A DNA stretch of 46,219 bases, from the sequence record NC_007603.1; one strand, written 5' to 3'. Made by a program: the position numbers and the translations under genes. This DNA comes from Escherichia phage Rtp. Within the stretch, counting starts at the first letter, position 1; each line of letters begins with the position of its first letter. The notes below the pieces were generated by a model, which saw only the letters and a program-made list of their open reading frames with translations, made no database searches and had not been told where the DNA came from. Positions 16,380 through 26,300 of this stretch are shown one piece after another.

Positions 16380-16766
16380 ATGAAAGCAATCATCGCAATT
16401 ATGGCAACCTTGTTACTTGCTGGATGCAACTCAGATAAAGTAAAGACACTCAACGTTGACCTCACTGCAAACGAATGCAAGAACATCGTATACAACGCAA
16501 CGGTTAACAATGAATCATTTACTCATATTTCATTCAAATACCCAGATCTAAAGGATGCCGTTATGTACGTATCGCACATTGAATGCACGAAAACTGTTAG
16601 CAACTTTACACGTGGTGTTGTGATTGAGCGCACTGCAACATTGGCAAAGGTATCAAAGCCTAGTGACGCTTCAATTGAGATGGTTTATACTAAGCTCTAC
16701 AGTTTAGAAGGTTTCGCTAAGGAAGTTGGCGAGAAGCTGGCTTACTCACGCGTTGTTATGAAATAA
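16380..16766 (+). CDS. putative lipoprotein (128 aa), moron within the tail gene cluster
   Basis: Signal peptide with lipobox LAGC (MKAIIAIMATLLLAGCNSD); own cassette promoter upstream. Confidence 0.6.
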   Translation: MKAIIAIMATLLLAGCNSDKVKTLNVDLTANECKNIVYNATVNNESFTHISFKYPDLKDAVMYVSHIECTKTVSNFTRGVVIERTATLAKVSKPSDASIEMVYTKLYSLEGFAKEVGEKLAYSRVVMK

Positions 16767-16784
16767 AATAGAGGGCAAAACTAG

Positions 16785-17099
16785 ATGGCAAAGTTCAAAC
16801 TTTCACTGGCGGCACTGCCAGACTTCAAGCTACCAGTAAAATTCAAACTGGCTAACGACCAGGATGTAGAGGTTATCTTTACGGTCAAGCACAAGAAGAC
16901 CTCAGAGCTTCAGGAGTTACTACAAAAAGAAGACTTAAGCACTAAAGAATTGATTACGGCAATCGCCTCTGATTGGGATCTGGAAGAAGAATTTAATGAA
17001 GAAAACGTCATTGAGTTTGCTGACCTATTCCCAGCTTCTACAGTTGCATTAACTACTGCTTATATGCAGGCACTGGCGGGTCAGCGAGTAAAAAACTAA
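16785..17099 (+). CDS. tail assembly chaperone (lambda G-like)
   Basis: 104 aa directly upstream of the tape measure; slippery heptamer A_AAA_AAC at its 3' end. Confidence 0.65.
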   Translation: MAKFKLSLAALPDFKLPVKFKLANDQDVEVIFTVKHKKTSELQELLQKEDLSTKELITAIASDWDLEEEFNEENVIEFADLFPASTVALTTAYMQALAGQRVKN

Positions 17100-17419
17100 A
17101 ACGAGCGGTGTATCTACAGTACCAGTCAGACCCAACCGATGCTGAACTGGAAGCTATTGGGATGCGCCGCTCTGATTACGAAGATGAAGAGCCTGAAGTT
17201 TTACACTTCGACGACAACATGATGAAGGCGTGGGACATTTATTGTTCAATGGCTACACAGTGGAGAGTCGGAGCTAACGGAGCTACAGGCCTAGATTACA
17301 GCGTGCTAAACTTCCTCTTTAGAGTGTATAATGTTTCTGAAGAAGAATTGGTGCTCAGCGATTTACGCATCCTTGAAGCTAAGGCTCTAGAGATGATGGA
17401 TAACCTGAGAAAAAAATAA
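17096..17419 (+). CDS. tail assembly chaperone -1 frameshift extension (GT-like product, in-frame continuation after slip at 17090-17096)
   Basis: -1 frame open from 17096 to 17419; ORF track 17108..17419 has only a GTG start and a weak SD, consistent with expression by frameshift. Confidence 0.5.
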   Translation, partial: LKRAVYLQYQSDPTDAELEAIGMRRSDYEDEEPEVLHFDDNMMKAWDIYCSMATQWRVGANGATGLDYSVLNFLFRVYNVSEEELVLSDLRILEAKALEMMDNLRKK

Positions 17420-17440
17420 CCCGCTTCGGCGGGTTTTCTA
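17419..17440 (+). terminator. rho-independent terminator-like hairpin
   Basis: ACCCGC-TTCG-GCGGGT followed by TTTTCTATT. Confidence 0.45.
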
Positions 17441-17454
17441 TTATGGAGGCTTAG

Positions 17455-20220
17455 ATGGCAACAAATGAATTAGCCGGAATCACACTAGCCGTAGACGTCT
17501 CGCAGGTAGACAGGGGAACGCAATCCCTACAAAAGTTTAGGCAGGCAAACCAGCAAGCCGCTTCCGGCATTAGTGAATTCGTCAATGCTGAGCAGGTTGC
17601 TAAAATCCAGGCGAGGGATACCGCTCGCGCACTGGCTGAACAGCAAGCATCTTTAGCAAGGCTGCAAACAGCTATTGATCCAACTGCGGCAAAGTTTCGC
17701 AAGCTACAAGAGGCTGCGGTAGGTCTTGATAAGGCATTTGCTGCTGGCGTAGTTCCTGATGAGGAGTTTTTCCGCTTAGGCGAAGCTCTAGAAACCCAAA
17801 ACGCAAGACTTGCACGCTCCAGAGCAGCCCTTACCGAAGAAGGTAGAGCGGCAGCGCAGGCAGCAAAGGATAAGGCAAGGGCAAAGGCTGAGGCAGATAG
17901 ATTCATCGCATCACTGCAACGCCAGGCTCAAGCTGCGACATTGACGCGCGAGGAGTACTTAAAGTTACAGGCAGCACAACTTGGTGTATCCGCAGAGGCG
18001 ACACCATTAATTAACCAGATTAGCACTGCAACCCAGAGAACTGTTGAAAATCTTGGCAGGCAAGCAGCGGCATTTCAGAAATCAGGATTAAGCGCCGGGC
18101 AATACAAGAATGCCATATCTCAACTACCGGCGCAGATTACTGATATTGGCACGTCGCTTGCTGGCGGCATTCCGATTTGGCTTATTGCAATTCAGCAGGG
18201 TGGTCAGATTAAGGATAGCTTTGGCGGCATTGCTAATACTGCGAGATTCCTCCTTTCTTATCTCAACCCGCTCACAGTAGCCGCTGGTGTTCTTGGTGCT
18301 GGCTTTGCTTACGCTGCGGTAAGCATTTACCAGAGCGAATCTGCAATAAAGGCAGCAAGAAAAGCGGTTGAGGAAACGCTTGGAGTCACGGATGAGGCGG
18401 CTAGGCAGCTAAGCATTAGCATCGCCAAGATTTCTGAGGCCTCGGGAAAGACAGCTGAAGATATCGCGAAGTCATTCGTATCAACCCGTGACGGAGCGCA
18501 AGAAGCAATTCTGAAGCTGATTGATGTTGGTGTTAGTTACGATGAAGCTAGGGAGCTTGTGGAGCGTTACAAGAATGCATCAAACTTTACCCAGGTTAAC
18601 GCGCAAATTGAGCAGCACAGACTTGAGGCTGCAAAGATTCAGGATAGCTGGTTCGAGAATGCTATGGCCGTTAGCTACTACAATGATGTTGCAGTGCCGG
18701 GGCTGGTTAACTCGCCATTAACCAATGTATCAGCAAGAAACAACGCAGCAATTCAGGAGTTTGCTATCCTTCTTGAGAAGGATGTAAACAAGGCTCTAAT
18801 TGATGGAAACCGATACGTTGCTGAACAAGTTGATTTGATTGGCAAGGAATATCTGGCACTTGATCGCGTTGCTGGAGCGGAGAAGTCACTTGCAGACGCA
18901 AGAAAACAGGCCGCAGCAATTGCAAGGAGCGGTAATGCGGAAGCTATTGCTCAAGCTAACAGAGTAATTCAGTTAAGGCAGCGTGAACTTGACGAGGCAA
19001 TTAAGGCAGAGAAAGAAAGAAATAAACCAGCAAAAACGAAAGCACCAAAGGAAGCTAGAGACCTTACCATTAATTATGAGTCGGGAGTCCTCGCTCTGGA
19101 GGCTCAGTTAAGGTTGCTTCAGAATGTAGGAAGTCAGACAAAGGCCATCAGCACTGAGCGGAGAAAGCTACTTGAGGAGGAAGCTAAGTTTGCAATCCTT
19201 GAGGAGCGCCAGGCGGCTGGTACAATCGGCAGAGAGCAGGCCAGACTTCTTCTTGAGAAAGACAAAGTTCTCGAGTTGGCCAGGCAGAAGGCTGAGCTAG
19301 GTGATCAGATTGTTTTGCAGGAACGCGCAAATAAGCTAGCTGAAGACAATAGGAAGAAGACTCTTCAGATTAACAATGAGGCAAATAACATTGATTTGGG
19401 TGCTGGTTTGTCATCTCGAGAGCAGCAGAGGGCTAAAGAGATTCAGGCTCTTCAATCCAATCAGGTTAATGCTGGTGGCTCTCTCGATGACGTCGATTTC
19501 CAGCAATTACTGGAAGCGAGAAAGCAGTACTACAAGGATGAGGATGCTCTTAGGGCAGACTGGAAAGCTGGTGTGACTTCAACTCTCGCTGACTTGACTG
19601 AGAAGTACACTGACTACAATCAGATTGCTAATGATTTAACTGTTGCGGCATTCGACGGGATAACAGAGCAAATTACAAACCTTGTAACCACTGGTGAGAC
19701 GAACTTTAGGGAGTTTACAGCAAGCATCCTGAAAATGATTGCGAAGATTGCAACTCAGTTACTTTTGGTTAAGGCCATCGAATCAACATTGACTAGCTTT
19801 GGTGGTGGGGGAGGTAACGCGTTTGGCTCATTTGCATCTGCCATAGGTTTTGCTGGTGGCGGTTACACTGGCGATGGTGGCAAGTATCAGCCCGCTGGTA
19901 CAGTTCATAAAGGTGAGTTTGTATTCACTAAGGAAGCGACAAGCCGAATCGGTGTTAAGAACCTTTACGCACTAATGAAAGGTTACGCAAGCGGCGGTGT
20001 TGTTGGCGGCCCTTCCGGTTACGCAAATGGCGGCTTAGTTTCTGGTGGCACTAATGTTGATGTTAGTGGCATCACTGTTAACGTGAACTCAGGGGTTGGT
20101 AGCGACCCAGAGCAAGCCAAAGCGTTGCAGAACGGCGTCAAGGCAATCGTAGCGGAAGAGATTGCTCAGTCATTCCAGCAGGGTGGCAAGGCCTATCAGT
20201 ACCTGCGCGGATTCAATTAA
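17455..20220 (+). CDS. tail tape measure protein
   Basis: 921 aa, Ala/Gln/Glu-rich coiled-coil composition, Gly-rich C-terminal region; after the chaperone pair. Confidence 0.9.
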   Translation: MATNELAGITLAVDVSQVDRGTQSLQKFRQANQQAASGISEFVNAEQVAKIQARDTARALAEQQASLARLQTAIDPTAAKFRKLQEAAVGLDKAFAAGVVPDEEFFRLGEALETQNARLARSRAALTEEGRAAAQAAKDKARAKAEADRFIASLQRQAQAATLTREEYLKLQAAQLGVSAEATPLINQISTATQRTVENLGRQAAAFQKSGLSAGQYKNAISQLPAQITDIGTSLAGGIPIWLIAIQQGGQIKDSFGGIANTARFLLSYLNPLTVAAGVLGAGFAYAAVSIYQSESAIKAARKAVEETLGVTDEAARQLSISIAKISEASGKTAEDIAKSFVSTRDGAQEAILKLIDVGVSYDEARELVERYKNASNFTQVNAQIEQHRLEAAKIQDSWFENAMAVSYYNDVAVPGLVNSPLTNVSARNNAAIQEFAILLEKDVNKALIDGNRYVAEQVDLIGKEYLALDRVAGAEKSLADARKQAAAIARSGNAEAIAQANRVIQLRQRELDEAIKAEKERNKPAKTKAPKEARDLTINYESGVLALEAQLRLLQNVGSQTKAISTERRKLLEEEAKFAILEERQAAGTIGREQARLLLEKDKVLELARQKAELGDQIVLQERANKLAEDNRKKTLQINNEANNIDLGAGLSSREQQRAKEIQALQSNQVNAGGSLDDVDFQQLLEARKQYYKDEDALRADWKAGVTSTLADLTEKYTDYNQIANDLTVAAFDGITEQITNLVTTGETNFREFTASILKMIAKIATQLLLVKAIESTLTSFGGGGGNAFGSFASAIGFAGGGYTGDGGKYQPAGTVHKGEFVFTKEATSRIGVKNLYALMKGYASGGVVGGPSGYANGGLVSGGTNVDVSGITVNVNSGVGSDPEQAKALQNGVKAIVAEEIAQSFQQGGKAYQYLRGFN

Positions 20221-20250
20221 TTAACGGGGCTTCGGCCCCTAAGGATTTCT

Positions 20251-20601
20251 ATGGCTATCGATACATTTAATTACTGCACTCAAGTCCAAAATGGAGGCGG
20301 CTCATTTTCTAACACGAACAACGTGCGAATTGTTAGCTTCGGAAATGGTTATTCACAACGCGGAACGGGTGGATATCGTAGTAATACCAGAAGCTACCAG
20401 ATGACTTACACAAATAAGGACTGGCGCGAGGTTATGGAATTTTGTTTCAACCACATCATCACCCCATTCTTCTGGACCACACCGCAAGGTGATACATCAA
20501 TGTTTGTGATTCAGCAGGATAGCATTAGTGTAACTCCGCTCAGCAAGGAAGTTCAGACTGTAAACATGCAATTCGTAGAAGTATTTAGCTCAATGCGTTA
20601 A
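20251..20601 (+). CDS. minor tail protein (lambda M-like)
   Basis: 116 aa directly after the tape measure; synteny M-L-K-I-J. Confidence 0.65.
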   Translation: MAIDTFNYCTQVQNGGGSFSNTNNVRIVSFGNGYSQRGTGGYRSNTRSYQMTYTNKDWREVMEFCFNHIITPFFWTTPQGDTSMFVIQQDSISVTPLSKEVQTVNMQFVEVFSSMR

Positions 20602-20605
20602 ACTA

Positions 20606-20627
20606 AGCCCCATTAGGGGCTTTTTTT
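20606..20627 (+). terminator. rho-independent terminator
   Basis: AGCCCC-ATTA-GGGGCT plus T7, followed by ATTGGAGAAA SD (same arrangement as at 8878). Confidence 0.6.
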
Positions 20628-20640
20628 ATTGGAGAAATAT

Positions 20641-21396
20641 ATGTTAAGTCCAAAGTTTGAAAATCAGTTGCAAAGTCTTTTCCCTGGCGAGATTGTGACT
20701 CTAATCCAGGTAGACGGGACGGCGTTTGGCTCTCTCGTTTACAACTTCCACAATGAAAACATTTCATATACACCAGAAGAAATAATGCTGGCCCAAATGA
20801 ATGGCGAGCCACTACCAGAGAAGATAATCACATTTCGCGGAGAAGAGTATGGCCCAAGACCTTTCGGTATCTCTGGTATAAATATGACTTCTGACGGCAA
20901 GGCTAACAAGGTCACGTTGACAGTATCAAACGTAGACCAGAGAATTAGCGCACTTATCCGCACCTACAATGGATTGGTTAAAGCAAAGGTTACTATCTGG
21001 ATTACTACGCGCGATAACATCAATGAGGATGGAAGCATTGCCGATGGTGACTATCGCCGATTCGTTTACTTCATTGAGAGACCAAAGCAAGTTGATTACA
21101 AGACGGCATCATTTGAGCTTAGCAGTCCGATGGATATGGATGGTATCTACATTCCTGCGCGACTTGTTCAGTCTGTTTGCTATTGGGCGTCAAGGGGGTG
21201 GTATCGCAGCGGTAATGGCTGCGACTACGCTGGTAATCGTTATTTTGACAAGGATGACAATCCAGTTAATGACCCCTCCTTAGACTTCTGCGCCGGAACT
21301 GTTAATAGCTGCAAGATTAGATTCGGCGAGAATAACCAGCTTTCATTTGGTGGATGCGCGGCTGCAAGCCTGCAAGCTAAAGCTAATCAATCATAG
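20641..21396 (+). CDS. minor tail protein (lambda L-like)
   Basis: C-terminal cysteine cluster (C..C..C..C) as in gpL Fe-S proteins; ORF track 20629 trimmed to ATG 20641 with GGAG SD. Confidence 0.75.
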   Translation: MLSPKFENQLQSLFPGEIVTLIQVDGTAFGSLVYNFHNENISYTPEEIMLAQMNGEPLPEKIITFRGEEYGPRPFGISGINMTSDGKANKVTLTVSNVDQRISALIRTYNGLVKAKVTIWITTRDNINEDGSIADGDYRRFVYFIERPKQVDYKTASFELSSPMDMDGIYIPARLVQSVCYWASRGWYRSGNGCDYAGNRYFDKDDNPVNDPSLDFCAGTVNSCKIRFGENNQLSFGGCAAASLQAKANQS

Positions 21397-21441
21397 CACT
21401 TATTGCTAAGAGGATAGCTCAATATTGCGCTATCCTATAAT
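21394..21441 (+). promoter_or_regulatory. palindrome-promoter cassette (27-bp spacer variant)
   Basis: TAGCACTTATTGCTAAG shares TAG with the L stop; inverted repeat GGATAGC/GCTATCC; TATAAT 21436-21441. Confidence 0.45.
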
Positions 21442-21463
21442 CTCTTAAATTGGGGGTTAAAAT

Positions 21464-21979
21464 ATGAATTGGCATGATTACTTTAGATATGAAGACGGCA
21501 AGTTATACTGGATTAGCTTTCCAAACCCAGAGCAGACAAGGAGCGTAAAGATAGGAGATGTTGCTGGATACAAACACCCTGACAACAAGGGTTACATTAG
21601 GGTTCAAGTTATGGGTAAGATGCTAAGGGTCCATCGCGTGATATGGGAAATGCATAACGGAAAAATACCAGAAGGCATGGAGATTGACCACATAAATGGG
21701 ATTAGATCAGACAACAGAATTGAAAACCTAAGAATTGTTAATGGTCTTGAGAACATGAAAAATAAGGGGATTTATAAAAACAACAAAACTGGATTTGTTG
21801 GGGTTGAGAAAATTAAAGCAAACGGAAAGTACAGGGCAAGCATAAGAGTTAATAAAAAACTTATTTTTCTAGGTGAGTATATTTCAATTGAAGATGCCAT
21901 TGACGCTAGAAAGAAAGCTGAATGTGAATACCTTTTCCATAAGAATCACGGAGTTAGAAATGCTTACACCAAAAGTTAA
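21464..21979 (+). CDS. HNH endonuclease with AP2 domain (homing endonuclease-like), paralog of 6388..6864
   Basis: HRVIWEMHNGKIPEGMEIDHINGIRSDNRIENLRIV motif; inserted between L-like and K-like tail genes. Confidence 0.8.
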   Translation: MNWHDYFRYEDGKLYWISFPNPEQTRSVKIGDVAGYKHPDNKGYIRVQVMGKMLRVHRVIWEMHNGKIPEGMEIDHINGIRSDNRIENLRIVNGLENMKNKGIYKNNKTGFVGVEKIKANGKYRASIRVNKKLIFLGEYISIEDAIDARKKAECEYLFHKNHGVRNAYTKS

Positions 21980-22718
21980 ACTGGAAATCTTCCAGCACGC
22001 AAAAGAAGTTTACCCGCACGAATGTTGCGGGATTGTCACGCAAAAGGGTCGGGCTCAAAAATATCACAGAATCACTAATGCCAGCAAGGATCCAGAAAAC
22101 GAGTTTATCCTTGATTCAAATGAGTATGCTGATGTTCTTTTTGAGTTAGCTCACAATGAATCTATTGTTTACGTGGTTCACTCTCATACGGGTGACGGAG
22201 CGACAACGAGACCTAGCCCAGCAGATATCTGTAGCTGCAATGAATGCGAGATTCCGTATGTTATCGTCAGCATTCCAGAGGGTGACATGAGAATTCTCGA
22301 GCCATCAACCATGCATCTGATTGGTAGGCCATGGGGGCTTGGTAGCTTCGATTGCTGGGAGTTGGTGATGGCGTTTCACAAGAAATACGGCGTCAAACTG
22401 AATGACTATCGAGTCAATTACCCGTGGTGGGAGAAGCGGTACAATGAAAACATATATGACGACAATTGGATTAAGGAAGGATTTGAGCTGGTAAAAACTT
22501 CAGATATTCCTATTGGCTCCATGATTATGATGCAGGTGCAAAGTGAGGTGACAAACCACGCCGGAATCTACATTGGCAATAACAGGTTCATCCACCATCT
22601 CTATGGTAAAATGAGCTCTGTTGATATCTACTCCGATTACTGGCGAGAGCGCACAGTGCGAATCGTTCGCCATAAGGATTTACCAGAGGATGTAATTTAT
22701 GACCCAGAAACTGATTGA
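21960..22718 (+). CDS. tail tip assembly protein (lambda K-like; JAMM/MPN plus NlpC/P60)
   Basis: HSHTGDGATTRPSPAD (JAMM-like) and a C-terminal Cys/His region; ORF track 21873 trimmed to ATG 21960 (GGAG upstream), which overlaps the HNH gene 3' end. Confidence 0.75.
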   Translation: MLTPKVKLEIFQHAKEVYPHECCGIVTQKGRAQKYHRITNASKDPENEFILDSNEYADVLFELAHNESIVYVVHSHTGDGATTRPSPADICSCNECEIPYVIVSIPEGDMRILEPSTMHLIGRPWGLGSFDCWELVMAFHKKYGVKLNDYRVNYPWWEKRYNENIYDDNWIKEGFELVKTSDIPIGSMIMMQVQSEVTNHAGIYIGNNRFIHHLYGKMSSVDIYSDYWRERTVRIVRHKDLPEDVIYDPETD

Positions 22719-23271
22719 TATTAAGTTAGGATTATCACTAGGCCGCAAGTTTGGAAAGATTCACCAGATGGCAGTGAATAGCGTTCCCGAGGCTATGCGA
22801 GCACTATGCTCACAGATTCCAGCATTCAAAGAATTCATGAACAGTCATGTTGGTCAAAATACAAGGTACGCCGTGTTCGTTGATGGCAAAAATGTGAACG
22901 AGCATCGAATCTCTGATTTTAGTGCCGTTCAGGAGATACGCATCTTACCAATCCCTCAAGGCCGCAAGTCTGGAGGGTTGTTTCAGACTATCCTGGGAGC
23001 AGCACTAATCGTTGTTGGTGTTGTTTTTCAGCAATACTACCTTGTTGGGGCTGGCATTTCACTTGCTGCTGGCGGCGTTGCTCAGTTGCTTTCACCTCAA
23101 GCTACCGGGTTGAAAGACCAAAGTAACCAGACAAGTAACAGGGCATCTTACGCATTCGGTTCGGCTGTGAACACTGTAGCTGCTGGTTATCCAGTATGCC
23201 TTCCATATGGATATCGAACGGTTGGAGGTTCGGTATTTAGTGCCGGCAGCTACGCTGAAGACAATGCTTAA
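22699..23271 (+). CDS. tail assembly protein (lambda I-like)
   Basis: 190 aa between K-like and J-like genes; hydrophobic central segment. Confidence 0.65.
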   Translation: MTQKLIDIKLGLSLGRKFGKIHQMAVNSVPEAMRALCSQIPAFKEFMNSHVGQNTRYAVFVDGKNVNEHRISDFSAVQEIRILPIPQGRKSGGLFQTILGAALIVVGVVFQQYYLVGAGISLAAGGVAQLLSPQATGLKDQSNQTSNRASYAFGSAVNTVAAGYPVCLPYGYRTVGGSVFSAGSYAEDNA

Positions 23272-23278
23272 ATATCAT

Positions 23279-23300
23279 ACCCGCCTAGTGCGGGTTTTTT
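23279..23300 (+). terminator. terminator-like hairpin between I-like and J-like genes
   Basis: CCCGC-CTAGT-GCGGG plus T6. Confidence 0.4.
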
Positions 23301-23312
23301 ATTTAGTGTAGA

Positions 23313-26300
23313 ATGGCACAAATGATCAAAACAAACATGAGGCTTTGTGATATGGCTGAAGAGATTAAGATTTATGGTGCCAAGGGTGGTAGCCAAAAGC
23401 AGCATCAACCAGTGGAGCAGGAAGATAACCTAATTTCACTTAACAAGGTTAAGGTTCTTTTGGCGGTTGCTGACGGTGAGGTGGATCCTAACTTCTCATT
23501 GAAGGATTTATACCTTGCTGACGTTCCGGTACAAAATCAGGATGGTAGCTACAACTATGAAGGTGTTCGCGCTGAGTTCCGTGCTGGCACGCAGTATCAG
23601 GACTATATCGCCGGTCTTGACGGTGCTAACTCAGAGATTCAGGCATCCAGAGAAATCAAGAACGATACCCCGTACATCATTGCAGTTAACAATACTCAGC
23701 TTTCAGCAATTCGAGTTAAGCTATTCTGGCCTCGACTGGTTAAGCAAGAAAGCAATGGAGACCTGAACGGAACAACCTGCGAGTATGCAATTGACCTTTC
23801 TGTTAATGGTGGCGCTTACCAGGAATACACTCGCGGAGTTGCTAACGGAAAGACCACTACAGGTTACGACCGAAGCATTCGCGTAAACCTTCCGGCAGAA
23901 TTTGATAGCGCGCTTGTTCGCATCCGTAAGATTACGCCGGATTCAACAAGTAGCACCCTGGTTAACGGTATGCAGATTACAACCTATCAGGAAGTAATTG
24001 ACGCTAAATTCCGCTATCCGCTTACGGCTCTGGTTTACGTTGAGTTTGGTTCTGACTTGTTCCCTAACGGCATCCCAACAATCTCAATCAAGAAGAGATG
24101 GAAGTTGATTCAGGTTCCTACAAACTATAACCCTGAAACCAGAACTTATAGCGGCACATGGAATGGCCTATTCAAGATGGCATGGTCAAACAACCCAGCA
24201 TGGGTTCTTTATGACTTAGTAACAAACCGCCGTTACGGACTTGACCAGCGAGAACTAGGTGTAGAGATTGATAAGTGGGGCCTGTACGAAGCTGCACAAT
24301 TCTGTGACCAGATGGTTCCAGATGGTAAGGGTGGCTTAGAGCCGCGTTACCTTTGCGATATGGTTGTACAGAACAAGGTTGAGGCTTACACGCTAATTCG
24401 TGATATCTGTTCAATCTTTCGCGGCCTGACTTTCTATGACGGCGAAAAGATTGGCATCGTGGTTGATAAGCCTCGCAACCCATCTTACATCTTCACCAAT
24501 GATAACGTTGTAAACGGATTGTTCAGTCGCACATTTGCCAGCGATAAAAGTCTTTACACCACGGCAAACGTTCAGTTTGATGATGTAGAGAACAACTATC
24601 AGCAGGATGTTGAGCCAGTATTTGAGCTTGAGGCTACTCGCAGGTTCGGGTTTAATCCAGTCGACCTTACGGCAATTGGCTGCACTCGCAGAAGTGAAGC
24701 AAACAGACGTGGCAGATGGCTCCTAAAAACCAACCTGAGAAGCGAAACTATCAGCTTCACTACCGGGCTGGAAGGCATGATTCCGATGATTGGCGAGGTA
24801 ATTGCGGTCAATGACGCAGCATGGTCTAGCAACTATCAGTTGAACCTTTCCGGTCGTATTGAATCAGTTCAGGGATTGCAGGTTTTTACACCGTTTAAAG
24901 TTGACGCCGCGCCTGGTGACAGAGTTCTTCTGAATAAGCCTGACGGAAGTCCGGAGGCGAGAACGATCGCAAGCGTTTCTGAAGATGGAAGAACTATAAA
25001 CCTTAACACTGCTTTCAGTTTTGTAGCTCAACCTGATACTGTTTTTGCAATCGATAAAGATAATCTGGCCCTTCAGCAATATGTTGTGACCGGGATTCAA
25101 AAAGCAGATTCTGACAGTTCGGATTCATTTCAGTATACGATTACCGCAGTAGAGTATGACCCGAACAAGTATGACGAGATTGACTACGGCGTTAATATTG
25201 TTGACCGTCCAACTTCAGTCGTAGAGCCTGATAGATTGTCGCCACCTGAGAATTTAACAGTGTCAAGCTACAGCAAGGTTGTTCAAGGATTATCAGTTGA
25301 GACGATGGTTATCGGGTGGGATAAAGCGCCATACGCTAAAACCTACAATGTTCAGTGGAGAAAAGAGAATGGCAACTGGATTAACGTACCAAGAACAGCT
25401 AGCACAGAGGTTGATATCGAAGGTATTTACGCAGGAATTTATGACGTTAGGGTTCGCAGCGTATCAGATACTGAAAACGTGTCTGCCTGGTCTGGTATTG
25501 TAACTGTATCGCTAACTGGCAAGATTGGTCGCCCATCGGCACCTACGGTTATCACGGCGTCAACTGATGAAGTATTTGGTATCCGTGTTAAATGGGGATT
25601 CCCTGAAGGCTCTGGTGATACTGCTTACACTGAGCTTCAGCAGGTTCCAGATAATGGTGATGGTACTTACAATCCTGATAATGCAAGTTTGCTTACGTTG
25701 CTTCCTTATCCTGCCTACGAATACTGGCATACGCCAATTCAGCCAGGTAAGGTGATTTGGTATCGCGCAAGATTGATTGACAGAATCGGAAATACCTCTG
25801 ATTGGTCTAATTTCGCAAGAGGCATGAGTACTGACGACGCCAACATTATCAATGATTTCATCAAGGTTGATATTGAAGGTTCAGAAGGATTCAAATACCT
25901 CGAGCAGAATGCGATTCAAAAGAATCAGGACATTCAGAATCAAGCTGAGGCAATTATCGAGAACGCACTGGCTAATGATGGCGATGTTCGCAGAATGACA
26001 AAGGAGAACGGCAAGCGTAAGGCTGAATATGTTCAGGCTGTGAATCTCATAGCCGATGAAACTCAGGCGCGCGTAGAGGCTCTAACGGCCCTTAAGGCGC
26101 AGATAGATGATGAAGTTGTAGCATCGATTACAGAAGTTCAGACTGCATTAGCCACAGAGACAGAGGCAAGGACTACCGCAGACACGACTCTATCAGCAAG
26201 ACTTGGTGAAAATGAGGCGGCTTTAAACCAGAAGCTGGACGCATTCTCTAATGCCACATCGACTGGTGTGCAGTACGGAATTAGTCTTGGCCTGAAATAC

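Noticed and set aside
17451-17906. 151-aa Ala/Ser-rich ORF on the minus strand
   Set aside because: Antisense to the tape measure gene; its composition mirrors the Ala-rich coding strand.
20226-20239. GGGGC-TTCG-GCCCC hairpin after the tape measure gene
   Set aside because: No T-run follows, so it is not called a terminator; it may be an RNA stability element.
24172-25100. Several minus-strand ORFs (24172..24483, 24599..24832, 24864..25100)
   Set aside because: All lie antisense within the J-like gene, without SDs.
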